Source: an uncultured archaeon (GTDB taxonomy: Archaea; Iainarchaeota; Iainarchaeia; Iainarchaeales; CSSED10-239). Taken from it: a DNA stretch of 32,000 nt. Location of the stretch: the NCBI GenBank assembly GCA_964496765.1, contig CAZCAP010000002.1, positions 30,001-62,000 on the forward strand. The letters are read 5' to 3'. The notes beneath the pieces are model-generated. The model did no database searches and was not told the DNA's origin. It saw nothing but the letters and a program-made list of their open reading frames with translations. The position numbers and the translations under genes were made by a program. Of this stretch, positions 17,763 through 26,631 are shown piece by piece (position 1 is the stretch's first letter; the number at the start of each line of letters is the position of its first letter).

Positions 17763-18794
17763 ATGGATAAACAGAAAATTAAAAATACTTTTTTTACAAT
17801 AACTTTTATTATACTACTTATACTTATATTTGCTCTATTTTTTTTAACAAAAAATATAGGTAATGGGATAATATGGGGAATTGTTGTAATTATTTTGATT
17901 TATGCAATATTTAAATTTAAGATTATTCTGCAACTAAAAGATTATGAAAGAGCAGTAGTCTATAGATTTGGGAAAGTTAGAAGAGTTGGTGGACCTGGTT
18001 GGACATTTGTGTTTCCTTTCTTTGAAAAACCAGTTGTTGTTACATTAAGGGTTGAAACAATTGATATCCCTCCACAGGAAGTATTAACTAAAGATAATAT
18101 TCAACTCGTAATTGATGGGGTATTATTTATTTCTGTAAAAGAGGAACCATCAAGTGTAATAAATTCTGTTGTAAAAGTTGAAGACTATAGAAGAGCAGCA
18201 ACCATGTTTGTTATAGCATCATTGAGAGATGTTGTTGGTGAGTTTGACTTAAATGAAGTTATTTCAAGTATTGAAAAAATAAATACAACATTAGTAATTA
18301 AACTTGCAGAGGTTTCTAAGGAATGGGGGGTTAAGGTTCATTCTGTGGAGATTAGTCAAGTAAGGATACCGGAAGAAATACTTCATGCAATGCATGAACA
18401 AAAAGCTGCAGTTCAAAGGAAGCTTGCTGTTTATGAACTTGCAGAATCAGAAAAAGCAAAGATACTTGCAATTAAAGAAGCAACAGATCAACTTTCTGAA
18501 AAGACTGTTGTTTATTATTACATAAAAGCACTTGAGAAAATGGCTGAAGGACAATCTTCTAAGATTATCTTTCCAATGGAGCTTACAAATCTTCTTGAAA
18601 AGGTTTCAACAAATCTTTTGCACACAGGTGGTAAACACATAACCCCAGATATTGTTGAAAAGGATTTAGATTTAAACAAGATTAAAAAATATCTTCCTTT
18701 CATACAATCATATGTTACTGCACAGAAGATAAGAACAACAAAAGTAAATCAAAGTTCAAAAAATAAAAAAAAAGTAAAAAAGAAAAAGAGATGA
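17763..18794 (+). CDS. SPFH/band 7 (stomatin/slipin-like) membrane protein
   Basis: 343 aa; 'LKDYERAVVYRFGKVRRVGGPGWTFVFPFFEKPVVVTLRVETIDIPPQEVLTKDNI' and 'ASLRDVVGEFDLNEVISS' are slipin hallmarks. Confidence 0.93.
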   Translation: MDKQKIKNTFFTITFIILLILIFALFFLTKNIGNGIIWGIVVIILIYAIFKFKIILQLKDYERAVVYRFGKVRRVGGPGWTFVFPFFEKPVVVTLRVETIDIPPQEVLTKDNIQLVIDGVLFISVKEEPSSVINSVVKVEDYRRAATMFVIASLRDVVGEFDLNEVISSIEKINTTLVIKLAEVSKEWGVKVHSVEISQVRIPEEILHAMHEQKAAVQRKLAVYELAESEKAKILAIKEATDQLSEKTVVYYYIKALEKMAEGQSSKIIFPMELTNLLEKVSTNLLHTGGKHITPDIVEKDLDLNKIKKYLPFIQSYVTAQKIRTTKVNQSSKNKKKVKKKKR

Positions 18795-19186
18795 TTACTA
18801 TGCCTGCACCAAAACCACTAAGAAAATTAAATTTCATGAGAAAAAGATTAGCACATGGAATAAAAAGAACAGGGGATTCTAAAAAAACAGGTGTAAAGCA
18901 CATAGAAAAAACAGAACACAGAACGCAAATAACTGATGTTAAGATACCTCAACTTGAAAATGTAAGATTAAAAAAAGAAAAATTACAATTAATTAAAAAT
19001 ATTGAAAAAATTAAAAACAACTCAAAAGGTAAGGGATTAGTTGCTCATGGGAAAGCAATGGCAGAAATCAAAAAATTAAAAACTGATTTTGTATTAAAAT
19101 TTAACAACCCAAAACGAATTGAAGATAGACAAAAAAGACGTGCAAATATTATTTATAAAAAGTTTGAAAAAGAATATTGGAAATAA
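18791..19186 (+). CDS. Highly basic small protein of unknown function
   Basis: 131 aa (or from ATG 18800); start overlaps the stop of the stomatin-like gene (ATGA). Confidence 0.65.
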   Translation: MITMPAPKPLRKLNFMRKRLAHGIKRTGDSKKTGVKHIEKTEHRTQITDVKIPQLENVRLKKEKLQLIKNIEKIKNNSKGKGLVAHGKAMAEIKKLKTDFVLKFNNPKRIEDRQKRRANIIYKKFEKEYWK

Positions 19187-19216
19187 TTCTGAAAAGTATA
19201 GGGGAATTCTAGTTTG

Positions 19217-19846
19217 TCATTTTTGCTTAAATTTAGTTATGAATTCTTTTTCGAATCTATCTAATATCTCATAGTTGATTTCTAACTTTTTATTTCCTCG
19301 TTTTAGAATTAATTTAAGATAGTCATCATCTACTAATAACTTGTTGTTTGCTTTTAGAGGGAGAGCCATATATTGGGTTGATGTGGCTTCTATTATGTAC
19401 TTCCCATCCTTTGAGGTGATGATTCCTGCTTTCTTAAGCCCAAATTCAGAGCAGAATTTTAGGATATCTTTTGCTTTATTAAAATCCTTTGTTCCAAAAT
19501 GAAAGATAAAAGGCTCAACCTTAAACCAGATATCCATTTCCTTTGTGTCTTCCAATAGATCAGTTTTCAGTTCATTGAAGGTTATTGTTCTATGATATCT
19601 TTTGTGGAAATGAGAAACTTCTTTATCCTCAAGTTCATCCGTTGAAAGAAGCATGATTCTTCCAGCACAGGAAGATGAGGTGAATATATCTGGTATCTTT
19701 GTTAATTCATTTAGGAAAGGAATTAGGATAGCATCAACTTTTTTATCATCTATTGCTTTTTGCAAGGTTTCCTTGTGATGTTTTTTAGTCATTGTAAACC
19801 TTTGATTTATTGAATTTTCATTATTTAGTTTCATAATTATTCTCAT
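19217..19846 (-). CDS. taw3: tRNA(Phe) wybutosine-synthesizing protein Taw3/TYW3
   Basis: ~209 aa (alternative start at an internal ATG giving MKLNNENS); 'DIFTSSSCAGRIMLL' motif and 'WFKVEPFIFHFGTKDFNKAKDILKF'. Confidence 0.87.
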   Translation of the reverse strand: MRIIMKLNNENSINQRFTMTKKHHKETLQKAIDDKKVDAILIPFLNELTKIPDIFTSSSCAGRIMLLSTDELEDKEVSHFHKRYHRTITFNELKTDLLEDTKEMDIWFKVEPFIFHFGTKDFNKAKDILKFCSEFGLKKAGIITSKDGKYIIEATSTQYMALPLKANNKLLVDDDYLKLILKRGNKKLEINYEILDRFEKEFITKFKQK

Positions 19847-19934
19847 TCCTTTAATTAAAACAAATACATTTATAATTAGTTAGATTATATATAATATAAG
19901 TAGAATAAGCTTTAAAAGTAATGTGTGGAAAATT

Positions 19935-20759
19935 ATGAAATATATTAAAAATATTTTATTTGTACTAATTTTATTAGGAATATTAATAATGGTTCCAGGT
20001 GTTAGGGCGCTTGCCTTGCTTGAGCCAATTTCTCAAGATCTAACATATACAGATACTATTGATCTTGGATTTGCAGCACCAGGAGAAGAATTTCTAGTTA
20101 GCTTCCTATTTGATACAACAGAGGATTATGATAATATAGATGTAATTGCATCACAGAGAAATGATGTGATCATTGAAAATACAAAAAAAACTAATGAAAG
20201 TATATTTACAACCATTAGACTTGGGCAAGAACTTTCTGGGAACTATAACCTTTACCTTGTTTTAACAGGAGAAACAAGCACAAAAACAATTACACTAAAT
20301 ATGCAGATTACTGATGAGGTGATTTATACAATTATGCAACCCTATGATAGGGCCACCACCTACGGAACAGAAAAAGAAATTAATTTTAAAATTATAAATA
20401 AATCAATTTGTACAAAAACAATATTTGTCTCATCTAATCTCTCAGAATATTGGTTTACTAATGAAAATAAAAGATTAGAAACTTTTACTCTTCAACCAAA
20501 CAGCACAACAGATATTAGTTATAAATTTATTCCTCAAGAAATTGGTAAAAAGGAATTTGAATTGAAATTATATACTAAATACACAACAGGAAATATATTT
20601 AGTGAACAAACATCAAACTATAAATCATATTTAATAAACATAAATGTAATTAAGAGTATTAAAGGAGTATATGGTTCTCTAGATCACGTTTACCCTTTGT
20701 TTAATACAAATATCATGCCTGTTTATTTTTTTAATAAACTAATTAGATGGTTAATATAA
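19935..20759 (+). CDS. Secreted/surface protein with beta-rich Ig-like repeats, unknown function
   Basis: From ATG 19935 (track starts at GTG 19923): signal peptide 'MKYIKNILFVLILLGILIMVPGVRA', beta-rich body with many Thr/Asn, no strong C-terminal TM. Confidence 0.7.
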   Translation: MKYIKNILFVLILLGILIMVPGVRALALLEPISQDLTYTDTIDLGFAAPGEEFLVSFLFDTTEDYDNIDVIASQRNDVIIENTKKTNESIFTTIRLGQELSGNYNLYLVLTGETSTKTITLNMQITDEVIYTIMQPYDRATTYGTEKEINFKIINKSICTKTIFVSSNLSEYWFTNENKRLETFTLQPNSTTDISYKFIPQEIGKKEFELKLYTKYTTGNIFSEQTSNYKSYLININVIKSIKGVYGSLDHVYPLFNTNIMPVYFFNKLIRWLI

Positions 20760-20791
20760 ATCCTATTTGTTTTTAATCATGGAATGTAGCT

Positions 20792-22315
20792 ATGAATAAT
20801 AAAAAAGAATTATATAAATTCTTTAAAGACATAAATCAAAATAAAATAACAGCTAAAGAACTACAAACCCTGAAGATCGCTTTTTCTAAAGAAAATAAAC
20901 TTAAGGGAATACCCCTAACATCAGATATACTTGCTGCTCTTAAAATTAAAAGACCATCAAAAACGTTAATTACTAAACCACATAGAACAGAATCAGGAGT
21001 TACAGTAATTGCAGTAATGACTAGACCTGAAGCCTGCCCTGGTAAATGCATCTATTGTCCAAGCTATAAGGACGCTCCAAAAAGTTATACAGGGTTTGAG
21101 CCTGCAGCAATGAGAGGTAAACTTAATTTCTATGATCCAAAAAAACAAATTAGGGATAGACTAAAACAATTGGAAGCAACAGGACATCCAACAAATAAAC
21201 TTGAAGTGATTATTATGGGTGGAACATTTCCTGCAACTGACATAAAGTATCAGAAAGAGTTTGTTAGAGGGATTTATCAAGAGATCACAGGAAGCAAAGA
21301 AGAGGATATTAGTAAACTACAAAAAATTGCAATGAAATCAAAAAGAAGGATGGTTGGATTAACTTTTGAAACTAGACCTGACTTTTGTAATGAAAAGGAA
21401 ATTAGGAGAATGCTTGAGTTTGGAGGAACGAGGGTTGAAATTGGGGTCCAAACAGTTTATGATGACATTTTCAAAAAAATAAAAAGAGGGCATGGAATTA
21501 AAGAAGTTATTGAAGCAACTAGAAAATTAAAAGATTCTGGACTAAAAGTTTTATACCATATGATGATTGGACTTCCTGGATCAAATATTAAAAAAGATCA
21601 AGAAGCGTTTAAAGAAATATTTAGAAACCAAGCATATTGTCCAGACATGATTAAAATTTATCCTTGCCTTGTTACTAAATATACAAAACTAGAAAAGATG
21701 TATTATTCTGGAGAATATAAAATTTATGATGATGAAAAACTAATTAAATTAATTGCGGATATTAAAGAGATTGTTCCTTCTTGGGTTAGGATCATGAGAA
21801 TACAGAGAGACATACCAGCAACAAAAATAATTGCTGGTGCAAAGAAGAGTAATCTACGTGAACTTGTTAAAAAAGAATTAATGATTCGCGGAACCAAATG
21901 CGATTGTATTAGATGCAAAGAACCAGAAGGTAAAATAATAAACATAAATAAATATGAAATTAAAAAAGTTAGATATAATGCATCAGATGGAGATGAATTA
22001 TTTATATCTGCAGAAACAAACAACCATTTATTAGGCTTCATTAGACTTAGATTCCCAAAAAAACCATTTATTAAAGAAATAGACAAAAAAACATCAATTG
22101 TAAGGGAACTACATGTTTATGGTGAAGCAACAAACTTTGATGATAAGAACATCCAACACAGAGGGATTGGAAAAAAACTATTAAAAATAGCAGAGGACAT
22201 ATCAAAAGATAATAAATTTGAAAAGATAGCAGTAATTAGTGGTGTTGGGGTTAGAGAATACTATAAAAAACAAGGATATAAACTTATTGGAACATATATG
22301 ATTAGGGAATTATAG
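20792..22315 (+). CDS. elp3: Elp3-type tRNA uridine(34) acetyltransferase (radical SAM + GNAT)
   Basis: 507 aa; 'RPEACPGKCIYCPSYKDAPKSYTGFEPAAMRG', 'TFETRPDFCNEKEIRRML', C-terminal GNAT 'QHRGIGKKLLKIAEDI'. Confidence 0.96.
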   Translation: MNNKKELYKFFKDINQNKITAKELQTLKIAFSKENKLKGIPLTSDILAALKIKRPSKTLITKPHRTESGVTVIAVMTRPEACPGKCIYCPSYKDAPKSYTGFEPAAMRGKLNFYDPKKQIRDRLKQLEATGHPTNKLEVIIMGGTFPATDIKYQKEFVRGIYQEITGSKEEDISKLQKIAMKSKRRMVGLTFETRPDFCNEKEIRRMLEFGGTRVEIGVQTVYDDIFKKIKRGHGIKEVIEATRKLKDSGLKVLYHMMIGLPGSNIKKDQEAFKEIFRNQAYCPDMIKIYPCLVTKYTKLEKMYYSGEYKIYDDEKLIKLIADIKEIVPSWVRIMRIQRDIPATKIIAGAKKSNLRELVKKELMIRGTKCDCIRCKEPEGKIININKYEIKKVRYNASDGDELFISAETNNHLLGFIRLRFPKKPFIKEIDKKTSIVRELHVYGEATNFDDKNIQHRGIGKKLLKIAEDISKDNKFEKIAVISGVGVREYYKKQGYKLIGTYMIREL

Positions 22316-22324
22316 GTGAATCTA

Positions 22325-22636
22325 ATGGAAAACAAGGACAAATTAATTACTTTAGTTGAATCGGATCCTGATTTATACAAAATAATAAACTCAAAGGCCC
22401 ACATAAAAGTTTTAGAGGCAATTGCCACAGAATCCCTTAATTTTTATGATCTTAGTAGAAAAACAGATTTTAAAAAGGTATCTATATTATATAATATATT
22501 AGATAATCTCTTAGATAAAAAATATATTAGAAAACTAGAGATTAATAAAAACCAAGTTTATTACATTACAAATGAAGGAAAAAACATTTATAATCTAGTA
22601 AAAAACGCACAAAAAGATTTTAATCTACAGGGGTGA
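22325..22636 (+). CDS. Winged helix-turn-helix protein (ArsR/MarR-like)
   Basis: 103 aa from ATG 22325 with SD AGGTGA; 'KVLEAIATESLNFYDLSRKTDFKKVSILYNILDNLLDKKYIRKLEINKNQVYYITNEG' is a wHTH with wing. Track starts at GTG 22316. Confidence 0.7.
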   Translation: MENKDKLITLVESDPDLYKIINSKAHIKVLEAIATESLNFYDLSRKTDFKKVSILYNILDNLLDKKYIRKLEINKNQVYYITNEGKNIYNLVKNAQKDFNLQG

Positions 22637-22642
22637 GGATAA

Positions 22643-22993
22643 ATGAAAGTGTTTTTAGGAGTTTTAAGTACTGGAAAAGGTACATGGGGACAGGTTGCTC
22701 ACATTGTTGATCAATCAGAATATGATCAAGTTTATTTAGTCTCAAATGAATGGGCAAAGGATAAATTTACTTGTACTAAGAAGGTTAATTGGATAATTGT
22801 TGATCCAAGAAAAGGATTTTCTGAAATTTTTGATGATATTGAGAAAGAATGGCCAAAGGATGTTAAAGAATTAGATTTAAACATACATTCTGGAAGCGGT
22901 AAGGAACATAGTGCAATACTTGCTCTTTTACAACAAAAAAATGTAAAATATAAAATAATAACAATAAATTCAGAGGGAATAAAGAGGTATTAG
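22643..22993 (+). CDS. Small Rossmann-like, possibly CARF-like protein
   Basis: 116 aa; alternating beta/alpha pattern, 'LDLNIHSGSGKEHSAILALL' placed like the CARF beta4 (hNhTGGTKxM) motif; strong SD GGGGTGAGG. Confidence 0.5.
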   Translation: MKVFLGVLSTGKGTWGQVAHIVDQSEYDQVYLVSNEWAKDKFTCTKKVNWIIVDPRKGFSEIFDDIEKEWPKDVKELDLNIHSGSGKEHSAILALLQQKNVKYKIITINSEGIKRY

Positions 22994-23002
22994 GGGGGAT
23001 AG

Positions 23003-26000
23003 GTGAATTATAAATTATTTATACTCACTCCAATTATAGTACTTTTAATTATATTGTCTGGATGTATACATCTACTATCTACTGCAGAGAGAGAAGCGTG
23101 CCTTTCTGCAACTCATTTTTCAACTAATTCTATAGATTCTTGTGAAACGCAGAAAGAATGCTATAACAAAATCATTAATAATTATGAAATCTCAAATAAA
23201 TTACCACTTTCTATCTACAACAACAACATAACCTATTTGAATAATATTGCCTCTGCCTCATTTAATTTTAATCAAAGTACGAAGTACATTAAAGAACTTA
23301 ATAAATCCTGTGATACAGAAGATGTAAATAAAATTATTAAAAATAGTAATGATTTATTTGCAAACCTAAGAAATATATTCGAATATATTGATAAGGCAAA
23401 TGCAGAAAGCATAATATTAATAAAAGATTATGCAATATATCTAGAAAATGAAGGAATTGAAGAAATACCTGAGGAAGAAATATATTCAGAGTATATTACA
23501 ATTAATAATAATCTTAATGAGTTAAGGGTAGATTCTAAAAATGAAAATTATATACACCAACTTATAGAAGAAAGTGCAAACCTAAATATAGTTGCAAAAG
23601 ACTTTGGTTTCACGAAAAATTATATTTCAAATGTGAATTATATTGACCTCACATCATATTATCTTAAACTTATCGAAGATCCTTCTGGAGAAATTCGTGT
23701 ACCAACAATAGTCCCTGGATTAAATTATGTTCTTGGAGAATTATCAGCCCTTGAGCAATTAAAAAATATCACCATAAATTTACAACGAGCAGATAATTAT
23801 AATTTTTATATAATTTTAGATCGATTTGTTGGTAAAAACAATTCATTATATAGTGAATTTAGTGAAATAAGTACAAAAATTAATACAGAGATTAATAAAA
23901 TATACGAAACAATAAGTGATTTAGAAACTAAAATTGAAGATAATGAGATGTATATATCCCAAACAAACTATTTCACATACTATGCAGCAAAAACTAATTT
24001 TAGAGAAAAAAATATTGGATTTGGAACGTATCTTTCTATGCTTAAAAAAATTGATAACGAACTAAATATTAATAAAATTAATGAATTTGATCAAAATACA
24101 ATCATTAAAGAAAAATTAAAAGATTGTGAAGTAATAATTAAATCTGCAGAAAAAGTAAATAACACATACCTAAATAAGCTAATTAAAAATTATAAAACTG
24201 AATTGAACTTAGAAAAAAAAGAAATGCTTTGTAATCAAATAAATTTTGAGATTAGCAACCCAGATTGTTTAATTAATCTAGAAAACGTATTAAACGCAAA
24301 TATAAATGAATTTGAAGAATATAGAGAGATCTACTTGAATAATATTACACCGGAAGATTGTACGAATATTATAAACAACATAAATAATCAGTTAGAAATG
24401 AATAATAAAATAAGATTACTAAAGGAGATTATTAAAGATAATAGTTTAAAATACACTGAAATTAATCTAAAAATAGCAGTGAATGATTTTGAAAAGAAAA
24501 TCACAATTATAGACATTAATTCAGAAATTAACAAAATTAAAAATAATCCAAACTATAAATTATATCTAAATATTGACGAAAAAATAGAAGATCAGCAGAA
24601 AATAAATTTAAAATTAATTGATATTGCTAGAGAAATTGAAAATGAATATTTGCAAGAAAACAATAGAATCGAACTAATTGATTCTAATTATTATTTAGTT
24701 GTTTTAAATTTATTTCGATTTGAATTAAATAACATAGAATTTGAATTAAATGACCAAGACACTGATATTTATTTCCACACCCAAGGAATTAGGATTACAA
24801 AAAACACTATTTTAATTGAAAGATTATTTCTAAATAAAAATTATTTCCAAATAGATTATGAAAATAAAAAAGAAATAACTACAAAATTATTAAAACTTGG
24901 TTTGGATAATACATTATTTGAAATAACTATAAAAAATCAGATAATTGGAATAACTGATAAAATATATATTTCCCCTGATAAAAAAACAATCAATGGAATT
25001 GTTGATGAAAAAAATTATTTAAATTACATAACAGAACAGGAAAACAAAATACTATACACCCAAGATATATTGTCAAATACAATATTATCTAACAAATATG
25101 AAAAAATAACCACTGATAAATACACAAATATAATTGAATTAAAAATAAAAAATAACTATACAAGTACAATAACAGGGGAATTAAAATTAATAGATGTGGA
25201 TGAATCTACTGATGAATATGTAGCATACATCTTGAAAATTAATAATCGTGAACAAAATGCATATTTTGAAAATGGAGGAATATATACTATAATTAATTTA
25301 GGCAAAGGGGAAGAAAACATTTATGAATTACAAACAGCCTATGGACTTAAAGAGATAATATCCGTAGCCAAAGATAATTTACTAGAAATGAATAGACTCA
25401 AAAATTCATATTTTTTGGATTTAAAAAAAGAAGCAACAACAGCATTTTCTAGTGTTAATAATTTAATAGTAGATATGGACTCAAAAATTGAAGACCTACA
25501 ACTAATTTTTATTAAGGAAAATAAAATTAATGAATTAAAGATAAAAGAAAAGGACTACATCCTTGCAGAAAATGCATTTTTTATATTATATAATGAGTTG
25601 CTGAATGCAAGTTTATCTCAAGCAAATAAAATCAAAATTGAAAAGTTAAACGATGAAAAATACACAAACATAAAAGGTAATTTAATCAAATTACAACTCA
25701 TTGAAAAAAATAATAATTTAGAAAAGGAAGCAAAGAAAATAGAAGAAAAAAATACAAATTATAATAAATTGCAGGAACTTAAAGCAAAAATAAGTGATTA
25801 TAATATTAATGATAATAAATTAAATGAACTAATATTAAATGCAGACTATATGAATCAAATAGATTTGAATTTAATTGAAGAAACAATTAATGAAAATTTA
25901 AAAATACAAGTAATTAAAATTGATGATGTGATTTTATATCTTGATGGATTTAATCAAAATACAGAAAACAACACAATAGATAAAATAAAATGGATGTTTG

Positions 26001-26560
26001 AAGATTTTAGTTTAGATGAGTTATATGCACAAAATTATTTTCCGGGAATCACAACAGCAGACATAGAAAGATATGAAAAAATACAAAGTTTCTTGGACAC
26101 ACAAAAATTAAGTGCAGAGATTTCAAAATTCAAACAAAATTTAGCTGAAAAAAACTATGAGGATGCAAAAAATGCAATATCTAGTGAAACATTAACAAGA
26201 ATAAAAAACGTAATATCAGAAAACGAATTCATTAACACAGAATTCACAAAAATAAAAACAGATTCTAAGAACATACTTAATAAATATATAGAAGACAATA
26301 AAGACACTCACAAACAAGAAATAAAAGAAAAAATAACACTAGGAAAAGAATATTATACAAATGGTAAATATCTTAATACGATAAGCACACTTCAGGAAAC
26401 CAAAATTAACTCAAAAACAATGAAAAGCAACCAAATATTAATTGTGGTTACGATTTTATTCATTCTACTATTATTAGGACTCTACTATAGACTTGGTAAA
26501 AAGAAAAAGAAAGAAGAGAGCTACCAAGAACGTAAAAAAAGAGTAATTAGACATAATTAA
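23003..26560 (+). CDS. Giant surface-exposed coiled-coil protein: N-terminal lipobox-like signal and C-terminal TM anchor
   Basis: 1185 aa; N-terminus 'LFILTPIIVLLIILSGC', long helical Asn/Lys/Ile/Glu-rich body, C-terminal 'SNQILIVVTILFILLLLGLYYRLGKKKKKEESYQERKKRVIRHN'. GTG start. Confidence 0.72.
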   Translation: MNYKLFILTPIIVLLIILSGCIHLLSTAEREACLSATHFSTNSIDSCETQKECYNKIINNYEISNKLPLSIYNNNITYLNNIASASFNFNQSTKYIKELNKSCDTEDVNKIIKNSNDLFANLRNIFEYIDKANAESIILIKDYAIYLENEGIEEIPEEEIYSEYITINNNLNELRVDSKNENYIHQLIEESANLNIVAKDFGFTKNYISNVNYIDLTSYYLKLIEDPSGEIRVPTIVPGLNYVLGELSALEQLKNITINLQRADNYNFYIILDRFVGKNNSLYSEFSEISTKINTEINKIYETISDLETKIEDNEMYISQTNYFTYYAAKTNFREKNIGFGTYLSMLKKIDNELNINKINEFDQNTIIKEKLKDCEVIIKSAEKVNNTYLNKLIKNYKTELNLEKKEMLCNQINFEISNPDCLINLENVLNANINEFEEYREIYLNNITPEDCTNIINNINNQLEMNNKIRLLKEIIKDNSLKYTEINLKIAVNDFEKKITIIDINSEINKIKNNPNYKLYLNIDEKIEDQQKINLKLIDIAREIENEYLQENNRIELIDSNYYLVVLNLFRFELNNIEFELNDQDTDIYFHTQGIRITKNTILIERLFLNKNYFQIDYENKKEITTKLLKLGLDNTLFEITIKNQIIGITDKIYISPDKKTINGIVDEKNYLNYITEQENKILYTQDILSNTILSNKYEKITTDKYTNIIELKIKNNYTSTITGELKLIDVDESTDEYVAYILKINNREQNAYFENGGIYTIINLGKGEENIYELQTAYGLKEIISVAKDNLLEMNRLKNSYFLDLKKEATTAFSSVNNLIVDMDSKIEDLQLIFIKENKINELKIKEKDYILAENAFFILYNELLNASLSQANKIKIEKLNDEKYTNIKGNLIKLQLIEKNNNLEKEAKKIEEKNTNYNKLQELKAKISDYNINDNKLNELILNADYMNQIDLNLIEETINENLKIQVIKIDDVILYLDGFNQNTENNTIDKIKWMFEDFSLDELYAQNYFPGITTADIERYEKIQSFLDTQKLSAEISKFKQNLAEKNYEDAKNAISSETLTRIKNVISENEFINTEFTKIKTDSKNILNKYIEDNKDTHKQEIKEKITLGKEYYTNGKYLNTISTLQETKINSKTMKSNQILIVVTILFILLLLGLYYRLGKKKKKEESYQERKKRVIRHN

Positions 26561-26631
26561 AATAAAGCAATATTAAAAAAGCTATGTTAATATTATATAT
26601 TAATAAGTATAAACATAGTGTGTGATGAATT

